A DNA stretch of 64,000 nucleotides from an uncultured Candidatus Rokubacteria bacterium (lineage in GTDB: Bacteria > Methylomirabilota > Methylomirabilia > Rokubacteriales > CSP1-6), in the NCBI GenBank assembly GCA_963734175.1, contig CAVTGC010000006.1:423682-487681 (forward strand), written 5' to 3'. The translations under genes and the position numbers were made by a program. The stretch's first letter is position 1; each line of letters begins with the position of its first letter. Below are positions 49,677 to 57,906 of the stretch, piece after piece. Under the pieces are notes generated by a model, which saw only the letters and a list, made by a program, of their open reading frames with translations, did no database searches and had not been told where the DNA came from.

Positions 49677-50001
49677 CGGGCCCCCACCTCGTCGCCGCGC
49701 CACCGGAGCGCCGCGCGCCCCGCTGACCGAGCTGCAACGCCGGCTTGACCTGACCACGCGCTCGTCGGCGTAGGAGCGTCTTCGGCGTGATGCTGAGCCG
49801 CTCGGCCATCTCCGCCGTCGTCAGGAACTCACCGCGGGCTCCGGGCGTCAGCTGCGCCGCCACTGCAGCGAGCGCGACCGTCAGGCCGCTGTACTCGACC
49901 CAGACACCCTCTTCGCCGTTGGCGATCCGGTCCTCGAGCTGCTCCAGGCGTGTCAGCAGGCGCCGCTGTGCGCGCTCGAGGCCGAGGTGGAGGGCGTTCA
50001 C
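49673..50001 (-). CDS. Excisionase-like HTH protein; apparent frameshift near 49717
   Basis: FLTTAEMAERLSITPKTLLR. Confidence 0.7.
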
Positions 50002-50201
50002 CGCGAGGAGCGCCGCTCCTGGCGCTCACGGGCGATGCGCTCAACGTCGTCACGACGGAAGATCCGATGGCCGTTACCGAGTCTGATCGCGGGCAGGACG
50101 CCGTCATCGGCGAGTCGACGAGTGAGCTCTTGAGAGCCCTGTAGAATCCTGGCCGCTTCACCGAGGGCGACGAACTCGCTCTGGGGATCGATCACGCTCA
50201 C
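49998..50201 (-). CDS. HTH_17/MerR-like excisionase
   Basis: EAARIL..RRLADDGVLPAIR..GHRIFRRDDVE. Confidence 0.85.
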   Translation of the reverse strand: MSVIDPQSEFVALGEAARILQGSQELTRRLADDGVLPAIRLGNGHRIFRRDDVERIARERQERRSSR

Positions 50202-50240
50202 ACGCCGACATTAACGCGTGAGCGACGTAGATTTGTGGAT

Positions 50241-50282
50241 ACGCGGAAAGAAGCAACGCGACGCGGAACTATTCCGCGTTGC
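50241..50282. promoter_or_regulatory. Candidate operator: three ACGCGGAA half-sites
   Basis: 50241-48 direct copy; 50261-79 perfect palindrome acgcggaa-cta-ttccgcgt. Confidence 0.5.
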
Positions 50283-50778
50283 GCGTCGCTGGGGGCAGCC
50301 TGAGCCTGTTGCGGACCCTCCAAACCTGATCATGGGTGACGCCCAGCATGCTCGCACGCTGTCCATCGCTTCCTATCCAACCTGGCCTGGGGCGATGCTG
50401 TTGCAGGTTCTTCAGAAGGGCCTCATCCTTGAGGCCGGGGGGTCGACCAAGTCGGGCGGTCTGCTTCTCATGTCCGTTGCCTACCGGCTCACCCCGGCGA
50501 ATTTCTTCGCGTCGATGATCGAGCCGGATCTCCTCACCCAAGCGAGCATCCTCGAGACGACCCAAGAGGCTACCCCGGCATTCCGAGCAGCGCACCACAT
50601 GATGCAACGCATCGGATGGGCACGAAGCGTAGAAGGCTCTTGCCATCTCGTCAGCGCGCCGCCGGAGTTCCTCGTCGGTCGGGGGCGGGGGCAGCGGCAG
50701 CCGCATCAGGTCCTTGAGCGTGGCGGGGCGAGGACCGGTTCGTTTCGCTAGACCTCGACGGGTGCGCCGCTTCCCCAT
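50269..50778 (-). CDS. Hypothetical protein with possible C-terminal HTH
   Basis: GGGAGG RBS; GRPP..ASMLGVTHDQVWRVR. Confidence 0.6.
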   Translation of the reverse strand: MGKRRTRRGLAKRTGPRPATLKDLMRLPLPPPPTDEELRRRADEMARAFYASCPSDALHHVVRCSECRGSLLGRLEDARLGEEIRLDHRREEIRRGEPVGNGHEKQTARLGRPPGLKDEALLKNLQQHRPRPGWIGSDGQRASMLGVTHDQVWRVRNRLRLPPATRNAE

Positions 50779-50865
50779 CTTCCCCTCCCAGGGAGAAGCG
50801 GGCAGGGGCGCTGGGACGCCCCCATCAGCGCCGGCGGCCACCGGCACCTAGCCCGCGTGCTGAGC

Positions 50866-51096
50866 CTACATTGAGTTCAGGTCCGTCGATTCCAGGATCT
50901 CGCCGGTCTGCACGATCTGATAGCGGCCGCCGCCGAGCCGGTTGACGGAGCGGCCGTCCGCTGTACGAATGCTCGGCATGCCCTCGACGCTCGATCGTCC
51001 CCTCAAGGTCGAGGTGTCGATGTCTCGGACCCAGACGTTCAGCAGTTCGGTGGTCCCGTCACGCCGGGCAGCGGTGAAGCGTGCCTTTAAGCGCAT
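50866..51096 (-). CDS. Small hypothetical protein
   Basis: 76-aa ORF with GGGGA RBS; T.DGR.VNR..G.YQIV.TG. Confidence 0.65.
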   Translation of the reverse strand: MRLKARFTAARRDGTTELLNVWVRDIDTSTLRGRSSVEGMPSIRTADGRSVNRLGGGRYQIVQTGEILESTDLNSM

Positions 51097-51303
51097 GGCA
51101 TCCCCCAGGTCTGAGGTTGAAGGAACCGGGCCCGATGCTCTGGGCCCGGTGGACCGATTACTTGCCGCCTTTACCGGGCTTGGGCACTCGCTCCACCACC
51201 GTGGTGTTACGCGGTCACCCCGCGCAGGTTCCCGAGCGCCACGCTCGGGGCTGTCCCGGCCGGCAACGCTGCTCTAGTCAGCGCGTTGTCGGCCGGTCTG
51301 TTT

Positions 51304-51807
51304 TCACGCGGCTTCCTTCCAGCGGTTATGCTCCAAGCGGAACAGCGGGAGCTGCAACTGCCGCTTCTTCTTCGCAAGCCGCTTGGCTGCCTGGTTCAGC
51401 AAGACCTCACGGACCTCGCCATCCTTGGCCGCCACGACGATCGCCCGCGCGAGCTGATCCATCGATGAACCCATCGCGGTCTTGTCGTTCTCGACCCGCG
51501 ACAGGTGCGCGGGATCAACGCGCAGGAGCGCCGCGAACTTCTGGCCCGAGATCCCGGCGTGCTTTCGGAGAAAGCGCAGCTCGGCACCGATGAGCGGCTC
51601 CGGCTTCTCGATGAAAGCCTCCGCGATCACGCGATGCAACTCGCCGACGCGGGGGATCTGCGGAACGCTCGGATGCCCGCTCGGGCATTCGAACACCACG
51701 ATCCCCACCAGGCCGACGTGCGGCAGCCCGGCCAAGTCGTACCTATACGGAGCCGCCAGCGACGGCCGACGCTCGCTCATGGGTGCGCTGCAGATCGCGC
51801 AAGTCAT
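51304..51807 (-). CDS. MqsA/YgiT-like Zn-ribbon plus HTH antitoxin
   Basis: CAIC..CPSGH; ELRFLRKHAGIS..FAALL..LSRVEND. Confidence 0.85.
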   Translation of the reverse strand: MTCAICSAPMSERRPSLAAPYRYDLAGLPHVGLVGIVVFECPSGHPSVPQIPRVGELHRVIAEAFIEKPEPLIGAELRFLRKHAGISGQKFAALLRVDPAHLSRVENDKTAMGSSMDQLARAIVVAAKDGEVREVLLNQAAKRLAKKKRQLQLPLFRLEHNRWKEAA

Positions 51808-51839
51808 AGATCATCCCCCCCTCGCTCACTCGCTCAGCG

Positions 51840-52142
51840 TCAGTAGTCAAGCACGCTGACGACGAAAACGTGTCCGGCCAGCGCCACGACGCAGGACGCG
51901 TTGACGTTGGCCACCGTGCTGCCCTGAATCCGATACCGCCACTGCCCATCGCGGAAGTCGTGGCTGATGATGCTGCCGCGCAAGATGATGTGCTGCAGGT
52001 CGAGCACGTCCATCTTCCGCTTCTCCATGGCGAGCTGGGCGTGCTGGTGTATCTCGAACACTCCCTCGTCCCACAACCGCTTGATCCGACGGTGCACCCT
52101 CGCGTAGTCACCAGGGTTATCCAGCGGCACGACGTTGCTCAT
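51840..52142 (-). CDS. DUF4258-like (RelE-type) toxin
   Basis: HA..MEKR.MD..D..IL.G..WRYRIQG; lies upstream of the antitoxin. Confidence 0.75.
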   Translation of the reverse strand: MSNVVPLDNPGDYARVHRRIKRLWDEGVFEIHQHAQLAMEKRKMDVLDLQHIILRGSIISHDFRDGQWRYRIQGSTVANVNASCVVALAGHVFVVSVLDY

Positions 52143-52188
52143 CACCCGTTCCAAGCCCCCTGCGCGTATTCGGTCCGGCGTCAGAATG

Positions 52189-52218
52189 AGGATAGAGCAA
52201 TCTTGAGTAATTATCAAG
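52189..52218 (-). promoter_or_regulatory. sigma70 promoter/operator of the TA operon
   Basis: TTGATA-N17-TATCCT overlapped by the palindrome cttga-gtaatta-tcaag. Confidence 0.65.
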
Positions 52219-52304
52219 CGCCGGAACCTGCTGCCATTCCGCTGCCACTCCGGGGGTCATTTGAGGTCACTTCCGGCCTTTTGTAGACGGCATGGCCAGA
52301 CGAG

Positions 52305-52330
52305 AAAAGCGCCGAGAAGCGGCGCTTTTT
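52305..52330. terminator. Intrinsic terminator-like hairpin downstream of tRNA-Glu
   Basis: aaaagcgccg-agaag-cggcgctttt. Confidence 0.75.
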
Positions 52331-52343
52331 CTTGAGTTTTTAC

Positions 52344-52419
52344 TGGTGGCCCCAACGGGATTCGAACCCGTGTTTCAGCCTTGAGAGGGCCGTGTCCTGG
52401 GCCTCTAGACGATGGGGCC
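52344..52419 (-). tRNA. tRNA-Glu (CTC)
   Basis: Cloverleaf GGCCCCATCGTCTAG...CT CTC AA...GGTTCGAATCCC...ACCA, 76 nt. Confidence 0.98.
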
Positions 52420-52432
52420 GTTTTGTGTGAGT

Positions 52433-52506
52433 TGGCTGGGGGAGGAGGATTCGAACCCCCGCTACCAGGGCCAGAACCTGGCGTCCTACCCCTAGACGAT
52501 CCCCCA
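52433..52506 (-). tRNA. tRNA-Gln (CTG)
   Basis: TGGGGGATCGTCTAG...TT CTG GC...GGTTCGAATCC...GCCA, 74 nt. Confidence 0.98.
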
Positions 52507-52564
52507 ACAACCTCACCGCGACAGCGGGCTACAGCATACCTGACGCATCGCGCCGGGGGAAGTC

Positions 52565-52837
52565 CTAGCGCACGGCGGCCTTCAGCCCGCGGCTCGGACG
52601 GAAGCGTGGCACCCGGGCCGAGGGGATCGTGATGGCCTTGCCGGTGCGAGGATGACGGCCGCCGCGGGAGGCGCGGCGGGCCACGACGAAGGTCCCGAAC
52701 CCGCTGATCGTCACGGTGCCGCCGTGGCGGAGGCCGTCGCGGATGCCGCCCAGGAACGCCACCAGCGCGCGCTCGGCGGCGCCCTTGGAGCCGCGGGCCT
52801 CGCGGGCCAGGATGGCGACCAGGTCGGTCCGCTTCAC
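52565..52837 (-). CDS. hup: HU/IHF family DNA-binding protein
   Basis: VTISGFGTF..R..GRHPRTG..IP..VPRFRPS..LK. Confidence 0.9.
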   Translation of the reverse strand: MKRTDLVAILAREARGSKGAAERALVAFLGGIRDGLRHGGTVTISGFGTFVVARRASRGGRHPRTGKAITIPSARVPRFRPSRGLKAAVR

Positions 52838-55800
52838 GCGGTGGGGGAGCCGCCGGCCATGACGCGGGCCACGGCGTCCTCGAACAGGGCGGGCGGGAAC
52901 GGCTTCTCGATCACCGGCACCCGAGCGTCCTCCAGGAAGGCCCACGCCTCCGCGTTGGCAGTGTCGCCGGTGATGAACACGAAGCGGTGGGCCAGGGCCG
53001 GCGTGCGCTCGCGCACGCGCGTGTAGAACTCGGCGCCGTCGCCCTCGGGCATCCGCATGTCGGAGACGATCAGGTCGTAGGCCCGGTGCTCCACGCACTC
53101 GAGGCCGGCGCGGCCGCCGCTGGCCACGTCCACCGCCCAGCCGCGCTCCTTCAGCAGCGTGACGACCAGGTCCAGCACGCTCGGCTCGTCCTCCACCACC
53201 AGAGCCACGCGCCCGTTGCCGGGGGGCACGGGGCGCAGGGCCGGTTGCTTGAGCGTCGTCTCGGTGGCGCGGCTCACCGGCAGCTCGACCGTGAAGATGG
53301 TCTCGCCCCGGCGGCTCTGCACGGTGAGCCGGCCGCCGTGCTCCTCGAGGATGCCGTACGACACGCTCAGCCCCAGCCCGGTGCCGCTGCCGACCATCTT
53401 CGTCGTGAAGAACGGCTCGAACACGCGCGGCAGCGCATCGGAGGCGATGCCGGGGCCGTCGTCGATCACGTCGGCGCAGAGGACGTCGCCGGCGGCGCTG
53501 GCGCGCGTGCGGACGATGATGCGGCCCTGCGGCTTGGCCTCCAGGATCGCCTGCTCGGCGTTGAGCAGCAGGTTCAGGAACACCTGCTCGAGCTGCTGGG
53601 CGTCGCCGGTGATCTCGGGCAGGTCGGGCGCGAACTCGGTCTCCACGGTGATGCCGGACAGCGTGAGCTGGTTGACCCGCAGGGCCAGCGTCTGCTCCAC
53701 GACGCTCTGGAGATTCACGGCGGCCCGCTCGGGCGGACGCTGGCGGGCGAAGAAGAGCAGGTTGCGCACGATCTTCGCCATGCGGTCGCCCTGGGCCACC
53801 ATCAGCTCCACCGGCCGGCGCATCGTCTCCGGCACCTCGCGCGAGAGCAGGAGCTGGCCGTAGCCGATGATGACGCTGAGCGGGTTGTTCAGCTCGTGGG
53901 CGACGCCGGAGACCAGCTGGCCGAGCGCCGACATCTTGGCGGCCTGGACCAGCTGGGCCTGGGTCTCGCGCAGGCGCGTGAGGCTGTCCTGGGCGGCGGC
54001 GTAGAGGCGGGCGTTCTCCAGGGCGAGGGCGGCCTGGTCGGCGAAGGCCTGGAGCGCCTGCACCTCCTCGGCGCTGAACTCGCGGCCGGTGCGATCACCC
54101 ACGGCGAGGGCGCCGATGATCCGCTCGTGGGTGAGCAGCGGGATGCCGATCATCGCCCGCATGTCGTGATTGGTGAGCAGGGCGAGCCGCTCGGGCGTGT
54201 GCTCCACGCGGGGTTCCCGCAGCACGTCAGGCGTGACGATCACCTTGCGGTCCGCCACTGCCCGGCCCGCGATTCCCTCGCCCGGCTTCAGCACGAGACC
54301 GCGGGCCATGTGCGCGGCGGGGCCGTGGGCGGCGATCTCGCGCAGCGAGCCCTCCTCGGGCTCGTAGCGGAACATCACCGAGCCCTGCACGGCCAGCAGG
54401 TCCACGATGCCGCGCGTGACCAGGTCGGCGATGCGCTCCTCCTCCAGCGTGCCGGTCAGCTCGCGACCCAATCGCGCCTGCACCTCGGCCACGTCGCGTC
54501 GGCGCTGGGCCTCCCGGTAGAGGCGGGCGTTCTGGATGGCCACCGAGGCCTGGGCCACGAACATCTGCACGACGTCGGCGGTGTCGGGGGTGAAGCGGAT
54601 CGACTCCGCGTGGCTGAGCGAGAGCACGGCCAGGAGCTGGTCGCCGGCCATGACCGGGTAGGCGACGAAGCCACGAAGGCCCCACCGTCGCCACCATTCG
54701 AGGTTGATGATGCGCGCATCGTCGCCCACGTCGGGGATGACCAGCCGCTGGCGCGTGCGCGCCACCCAGCCGATGCCGCCCCCGTCCTCATAGGCGATGG
54801 TGCGCTGAGGGAAATCGCCAGCGATCTCGGCCACCGAGCCCCCCATGAAGGTCAGGGTTGCGGCGAGCTCGTCGGCCAGCCAGAAGGAGACGAAGCGGAC
54901 GCCGGTGAGCTGGGCCGCCGACTCCGAGATGGTGCGGAGCAGGACGTCCAGCTCGAGCGCGCTGGAGATGCGCTGGTTCACGGTGGCCAGTGCCCGCACG
55001 CGCTCGGCCTGGACGCGCTCGGCCTGGTACAGCCGCGCGTTGCGGATGGCCACGCCGGCCTGGGCGGACAGCAGCCGCAGCGCCTCCTGCTCCTCGGCGT
55101 CGGGTAGCCCCTCGGGCAGGACGTAGTCCAGCACGCCCACGAAGGTGTCGCCCACGTCGATCGGCACGCCGTAGTAGGTGGCGCGCGGCCGCCGCGACCA
55201 CCACGACGGGGTCATCGTGCGCGGATGCTGCAGCGGCTGCGGTATGAGCACCGGCCGATGCTGCTCGACGACGAGGCCGGGGAGCCCGGCCCCGGCCGGG
55301 CGCTCGGCCGGCAGATCGTTCCACTCGACGCCCGACATCGCCATCATCCGCAGCGTGGCGCCGTCCTCGACGAAGACGTGCACGGCGGCCAGCGCGCCCG
55401 GCCGCATGCCGGCCGCCGCCTGCACGATGCTCGTCATCACGTCGCCGGCGTCGAGGGAGGCGGTGATGGACCGGCTCACCGCCACCAGGTCGCGCAGGCG
55501 GCCGGCCCGGTGCACGGCGTCAGCGTAGGTGCGGGCGTTCTGCAGGGCCACCGCCGCCCGCGCCGCCAGCGAGGTCACGAGCGCACGATTCTCGTCGCTG
55601 GCCAGCTCCGCGGAGCGGGCCCGCACGGCCAGCACGCCCAGCAGCTCGTCGCCGCTGAGGATCGGCACCGACAGCAGTCGGTGGATGCCGGTCTCGCGCG
55701 CCCACTCCGCCGACAGCGCCCGCGCATCGGCGGCGACGTCGTCCACGTAGATCGGGCTCTTGCTGGCGGCTACACGCCCCGCGATGCCCTCGCCGAACGA

Positions 55801-56889
55801 CACCACCGTGCGCAAGCGGATGAGCGCGCTGCCCGGCTCGACCCACGAGGCCTGCAGGCGCAGGACGTGCTCGGTGGGATCGGCCGTCCACAGCTGCACC
55901 GAGGGCGCCTCCAGCAGGTTGGCGGCGGCCTGCGTGATGCGACGCAACACGTCGTCGACGACCAGCGACTCGCCCACGAGCTGCTCCACCTGGGCCAGCT
56001 CGCGCAACCGCTCCGCCCGCCGGGTGGCGTCGGCGTACACACGCGCGTTGGCGATGGCGAGCGCGGCCTGCTCGGCCAGCCAGCGCAACGCGCCGATCTC
56101 CTCGTCGGCGAACGACCTCTCCGTCCAGTAGTGGACGACGAGCGCGCCGTGCACCCGGCCCTGGGAGCGGAGCGGCGCCGCCGCGACGGCTTTGAAGCCC
56201 TCGCGCTCGATCTGCGCCCGTCGCTCGTGGCTCAGCGTGGTCTCGCGATCGGTGAGGATGTTCGGCGAGAAGGCCGGCTCGGCCCGCAAGATGGCGCGGC
56301 TCATCGGGCCCCCGCCCACCGGGATGGCGCCCGCTTCGGTGTACTCCCGACTGAACCGTCCCGCCGCGCGCAGCACGGTGAGTTGCGGGGCCCGACCGTC
56401 CCACGACACGACCAGCGCGGATTCCGCGCCCATCACCTCCAGCGCCTTGTCGGCGATGGTGTCGAACACCTCGTTGAGGTCGAGCGAGGAGGCCAGCGAC
56501 TGGCCGACCGCCTCGACGGCGCGCACGAAGGCGGCGCGCTGGCGTTGTTCGGTGACGTCCGTGTGAAGTGCGATCACGCCGGCCGGCGCGCCGGTCGCGC
56601 TGCGCCACGTGATGTAGCGCACGGCCAGCCAGGTATCGCCGGCGCGACCGGGGATCGCGCAGCGCGCCTCCAGGACGACGGTTTCGCCCCCGAGGGCGCG
56701 GGTCAGCAGGCCCTCGGCTTCGCAGAGAAAGGCCAGCACGGCGGCGGCCGGCCGTCCCACGGCCTCGGCGCGCGGCACCCCGGTGAGCTGCTCCATTGCG
56801 GGGTTCCAGCCGATGACCGCAAGCCGAGCGTCGGTGACGACCGCCGCGTCAGTGAGACCTTCGATGAGGCCGTGTCCGAAGTCGTCCAC
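52834..56889 (-). CDS. Hybrid histidine kinase: PAS, about 5 GAF, HisKA, HATPase, REC
   Basis: Repeated LA.QA.VAI.NARLY linkers; AHELNNPL; GTGLGL; C-terminal VVEDE..SDMRMP..KPF. Confidence 0.93.
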   Translation of the reverse strand: MDDFGHGLIEGLTDAAVVTDARLAVIGWNPAMEQLTGVPRAEAVGRPAAAVLAFLCEAEGLLTRALGGETVVLEARCAIPGRAGDTWLAVRYITWRSATGAPAGVIALHTDVTEQRQRAAFVRAVEAVGQSLASSLDLNEVFDTIADKALEVMGAESALVVSWDGRAPQLTVLRAAGRFSREYTEAGAIPVGGGPMSRAILRAEPAFSPNILTDRETTLSHERRAQIEREGFKAVAAAPLRSQGRVHGALVVHYWTERSFADEEIGALRWLAEQAALAIANARVYADATRRAERLRELAQVEQLVGESLVVDDVLRRITQAAANLLEAPSVQLWTADPTEHVLRLQASWVEPGSALIRLRTVVSFGEGIAGRVAASKSPIYVDDVAADARALSAEWARETGIHRLLSVPILSGDELLGVLAVRARSAELASDENRALVTSLAARAAVALQNARTYADAVHRAGRLRDLVAVSRSITASLDAGDVMTSIVQAAAGMRPGALAAVHVFVEDGATLRMMAMSGVEWNDLPAERPAGAGLPGLVVEQHRPVLIPQPLQHPRTMTPSWWSRRPRATYYGVPIDVGDTFVGVLDYVLPEGLPDAEEQEALRLLSAQAGVAIRNARLYQAERVQAERVRALATVNQRISSALELDVLLRTISESAAQLTGVRFVSFWLADELAATLTFMGGSVAEIAGDFPQRTIAYEDGGGIGWVARTRQRLVIPDVGDDARIINLEWWRRWGLRGFVAYPVMAGDQLLAVLSLSHAESIRFTPDTADVVQMFVAQASVAIQNARLYREAQRRRDVAEVQARLGRELTGTLEEERIADLVTRGIVDLLAVQGSVMFRYEPEEGSLREIAAHGPAAHMARGLVLKPGEGIAGRAVADRKVIVTPDVLREPRVEHTPERLALLTNHDMRAMIGIPLLTHERIIGALAVGDRTGREFSAEEVQALQAFADQAALALENARLYAAAQDSLTRLRETQAQLVQAAKMSALGQLVSGVAHELNNPLSVIIGYGQLLLSREVPETMRRPVELMVAQGDRMAKIVRNLLFFARQRPPERAAVNLQSVVEQTLALRVNQLTLSGITVETEFAPDLPEITGDAQQLEQVFLNLLLNAEQAILEAKPQGRIIVRTRASAAGDVLCADVIDDGPGIASDALPRVFEPFFTTKMVGSGTGLGLSVSYGILEEHGGRLTVQSRRGETIFTVELPVSRATETTLKQPALRPVPPGNGRVALVVEDEPSVLDLVVTLLKERGWAVDVASGGRAGLECVEHRAYDLIVSDMRMPEGDGAEFYTRVRERTPALAHRFVFITGDTANAEAWAFLEDARVPVIEKPFPPALFEDAVARVMAGGSPTA

Positions 56890-56930
56890 GGGCCTTCCGA
56901 GTATATCTGAACCCGCACTGTCATTGGCAA

Positions 56931-56946
56931 TGGCATCCGCATTGCT
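56931..56946 (+). promoter_or_regulatory. sigma54 promoter upstream of the response regulator
   Basis: TGGCAT-CCGCA-TTGCT. Confidence 0.7.
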
Positions 56947-56972
56947 TGATAAGCACGGGGTAACGTTTCCTC

Positions 56973-57353
56973 ATGAGCCTGGCTCAAATGCGGATTCTGC
57001 TAGTCGAAGACGCCCCCGACATCCGCGAGGTGTTCACGGTACTGCTGCGCGTGGAGGGCGCGGACGTCACCGCCACCGGCAGCGGCCGCGAGGCCGCCGA
57101 CCTGGCCGGCCGGCGGGAATTCGACGTTGTTTTGAGCGATCTGGGGCTTCCAGACATGCCCGGCGACGTGCTGATTCGGCAGATTCTCTCCACCGTTCAC
57201 CGACGTACACGTGTCATCGTGGTGACGGGGTACGGCGAGCCCTATTTAACCCGCGCCCGGCAGGCCGGAGCGGAGGTCGTCTTTACAAAGCCGGTGGAAT
57301 GGACGCGCATTCTGGAGTGGCTGGAGAAGCCCGGATTGGCGGCCTCCGCCTGA
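56973..57353 (+). CDS. Single-domain response regulator
   Basis: ILLVED, SDLGLPD, VVTGY, KPV. Confidence 0.92.
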   Translation: MSLAQMRILLVEDAPDIREVFTVLLRVEGADVTATGSGREAADLAGRREFDVVLSDLGLPDMPGDVLIRQILSTVHRRTRVIVVTGYGEPYLTRARQAGAEVVFTKPVEWTRILEWLEKPGLAASA

Positions 57354-57404
57354 GATCGGGCGGTTCCGGGCGGTCCGGAGCCACTGTGCAATAATGGCCG
57401 GGCG

Positions 57405-57902
57405 ATGCGCCCGGAGCTCACCACGATCGTTCTGTGTGCCCTGGCCATCGCCACTGCAATCGCCGCCTACCTGAAGGACCCCGGACTGCCCTGGATCGGC
57501 GCCCGCAACGGCCTCTCGACGCTGTGGCTCGTCCTACCCCGCTTGATTCCGGCCCTGGTCCTCGCAGGCATGCTGCAGGTTCTGGTTCCTCAGGAGGTCG
57601 TCTCTCGGCATCTCGGCCGCGAGGGAGGCTTTCGGGCCATTCTCATCGCCTCGGTCGCGGGCATCCTGACTCCGGGCGGGCCGATGGTGACCGTTCCCTT
57701 TCTGGTGGTGCTCGCCAACTCCGGCGCTGCCATGGCCCCGCTGGTCGCCTACATGACCTCGTGGTCGCTGTTCGGGCTGCAGCGGATCATCGCGTGGGAG
57801 GCGCCACTGATGGGCTGGCACTTCGTCGTCGTGCGGGTGCTGCCCAGCCTCGCCTTCCCCGTCCTCGCCGGCTGGCTGGTCAAGACCTACTACAACGAGT
57901 AG
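57405..57902 (+). CDS. Predicted permease subunit (DUF318-like)
   Basis: TM segments; G.EGG, GILTPGGP, YMTSWSL. Confidence 0.75.
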   Translation: MRPELTTIVLCALAIATAIAAYLKDPGLPWIGARNGLSTLWLVLPRLIPALVLAGMLQVLVPQEVVSRHLGREGGFRAILIASVAGILTPGGPMVTVPFLVVLANSGAAMAPLVAYMTSWSLFGLQRIIAWEAPLMGWHFVVVRVLPSLAFPVLAGWLVKTYYNE

Positions 57903-57906
57903 CCCG

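Larger units (their letters stand above)
24095..52380. mobile_element. Composite genomic island at tRNA-Glu(CTC)
   Basis: 37-bp direct repeats at the ends; contains integrases, IS, phage genes and lower-GC orphan genes. Confidence 0.8.
33472..52392 (-). mobile_element. Integrated phage-like/satellite-like element (~19 kb)
   Basis: att remnant near the integrase; co-oriented HTH, prim-pol, helicase, terminase and TA genes. Confidence 0.75.

Noticed and set aside
1-50001. Frameshifts in LOG, acyl-CoA ligase, birA, IS3 orfB, integrase, ligase, SBPs and an HTH gene, read as pseudogenisation or programmed recoding
   Set aside because: Scattered small indels in otherwise intact genes with no other decay fit sequencing/assembly error better. 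Only the IS3 A7G site is a canonical programmed shift. Read inspection is needed.
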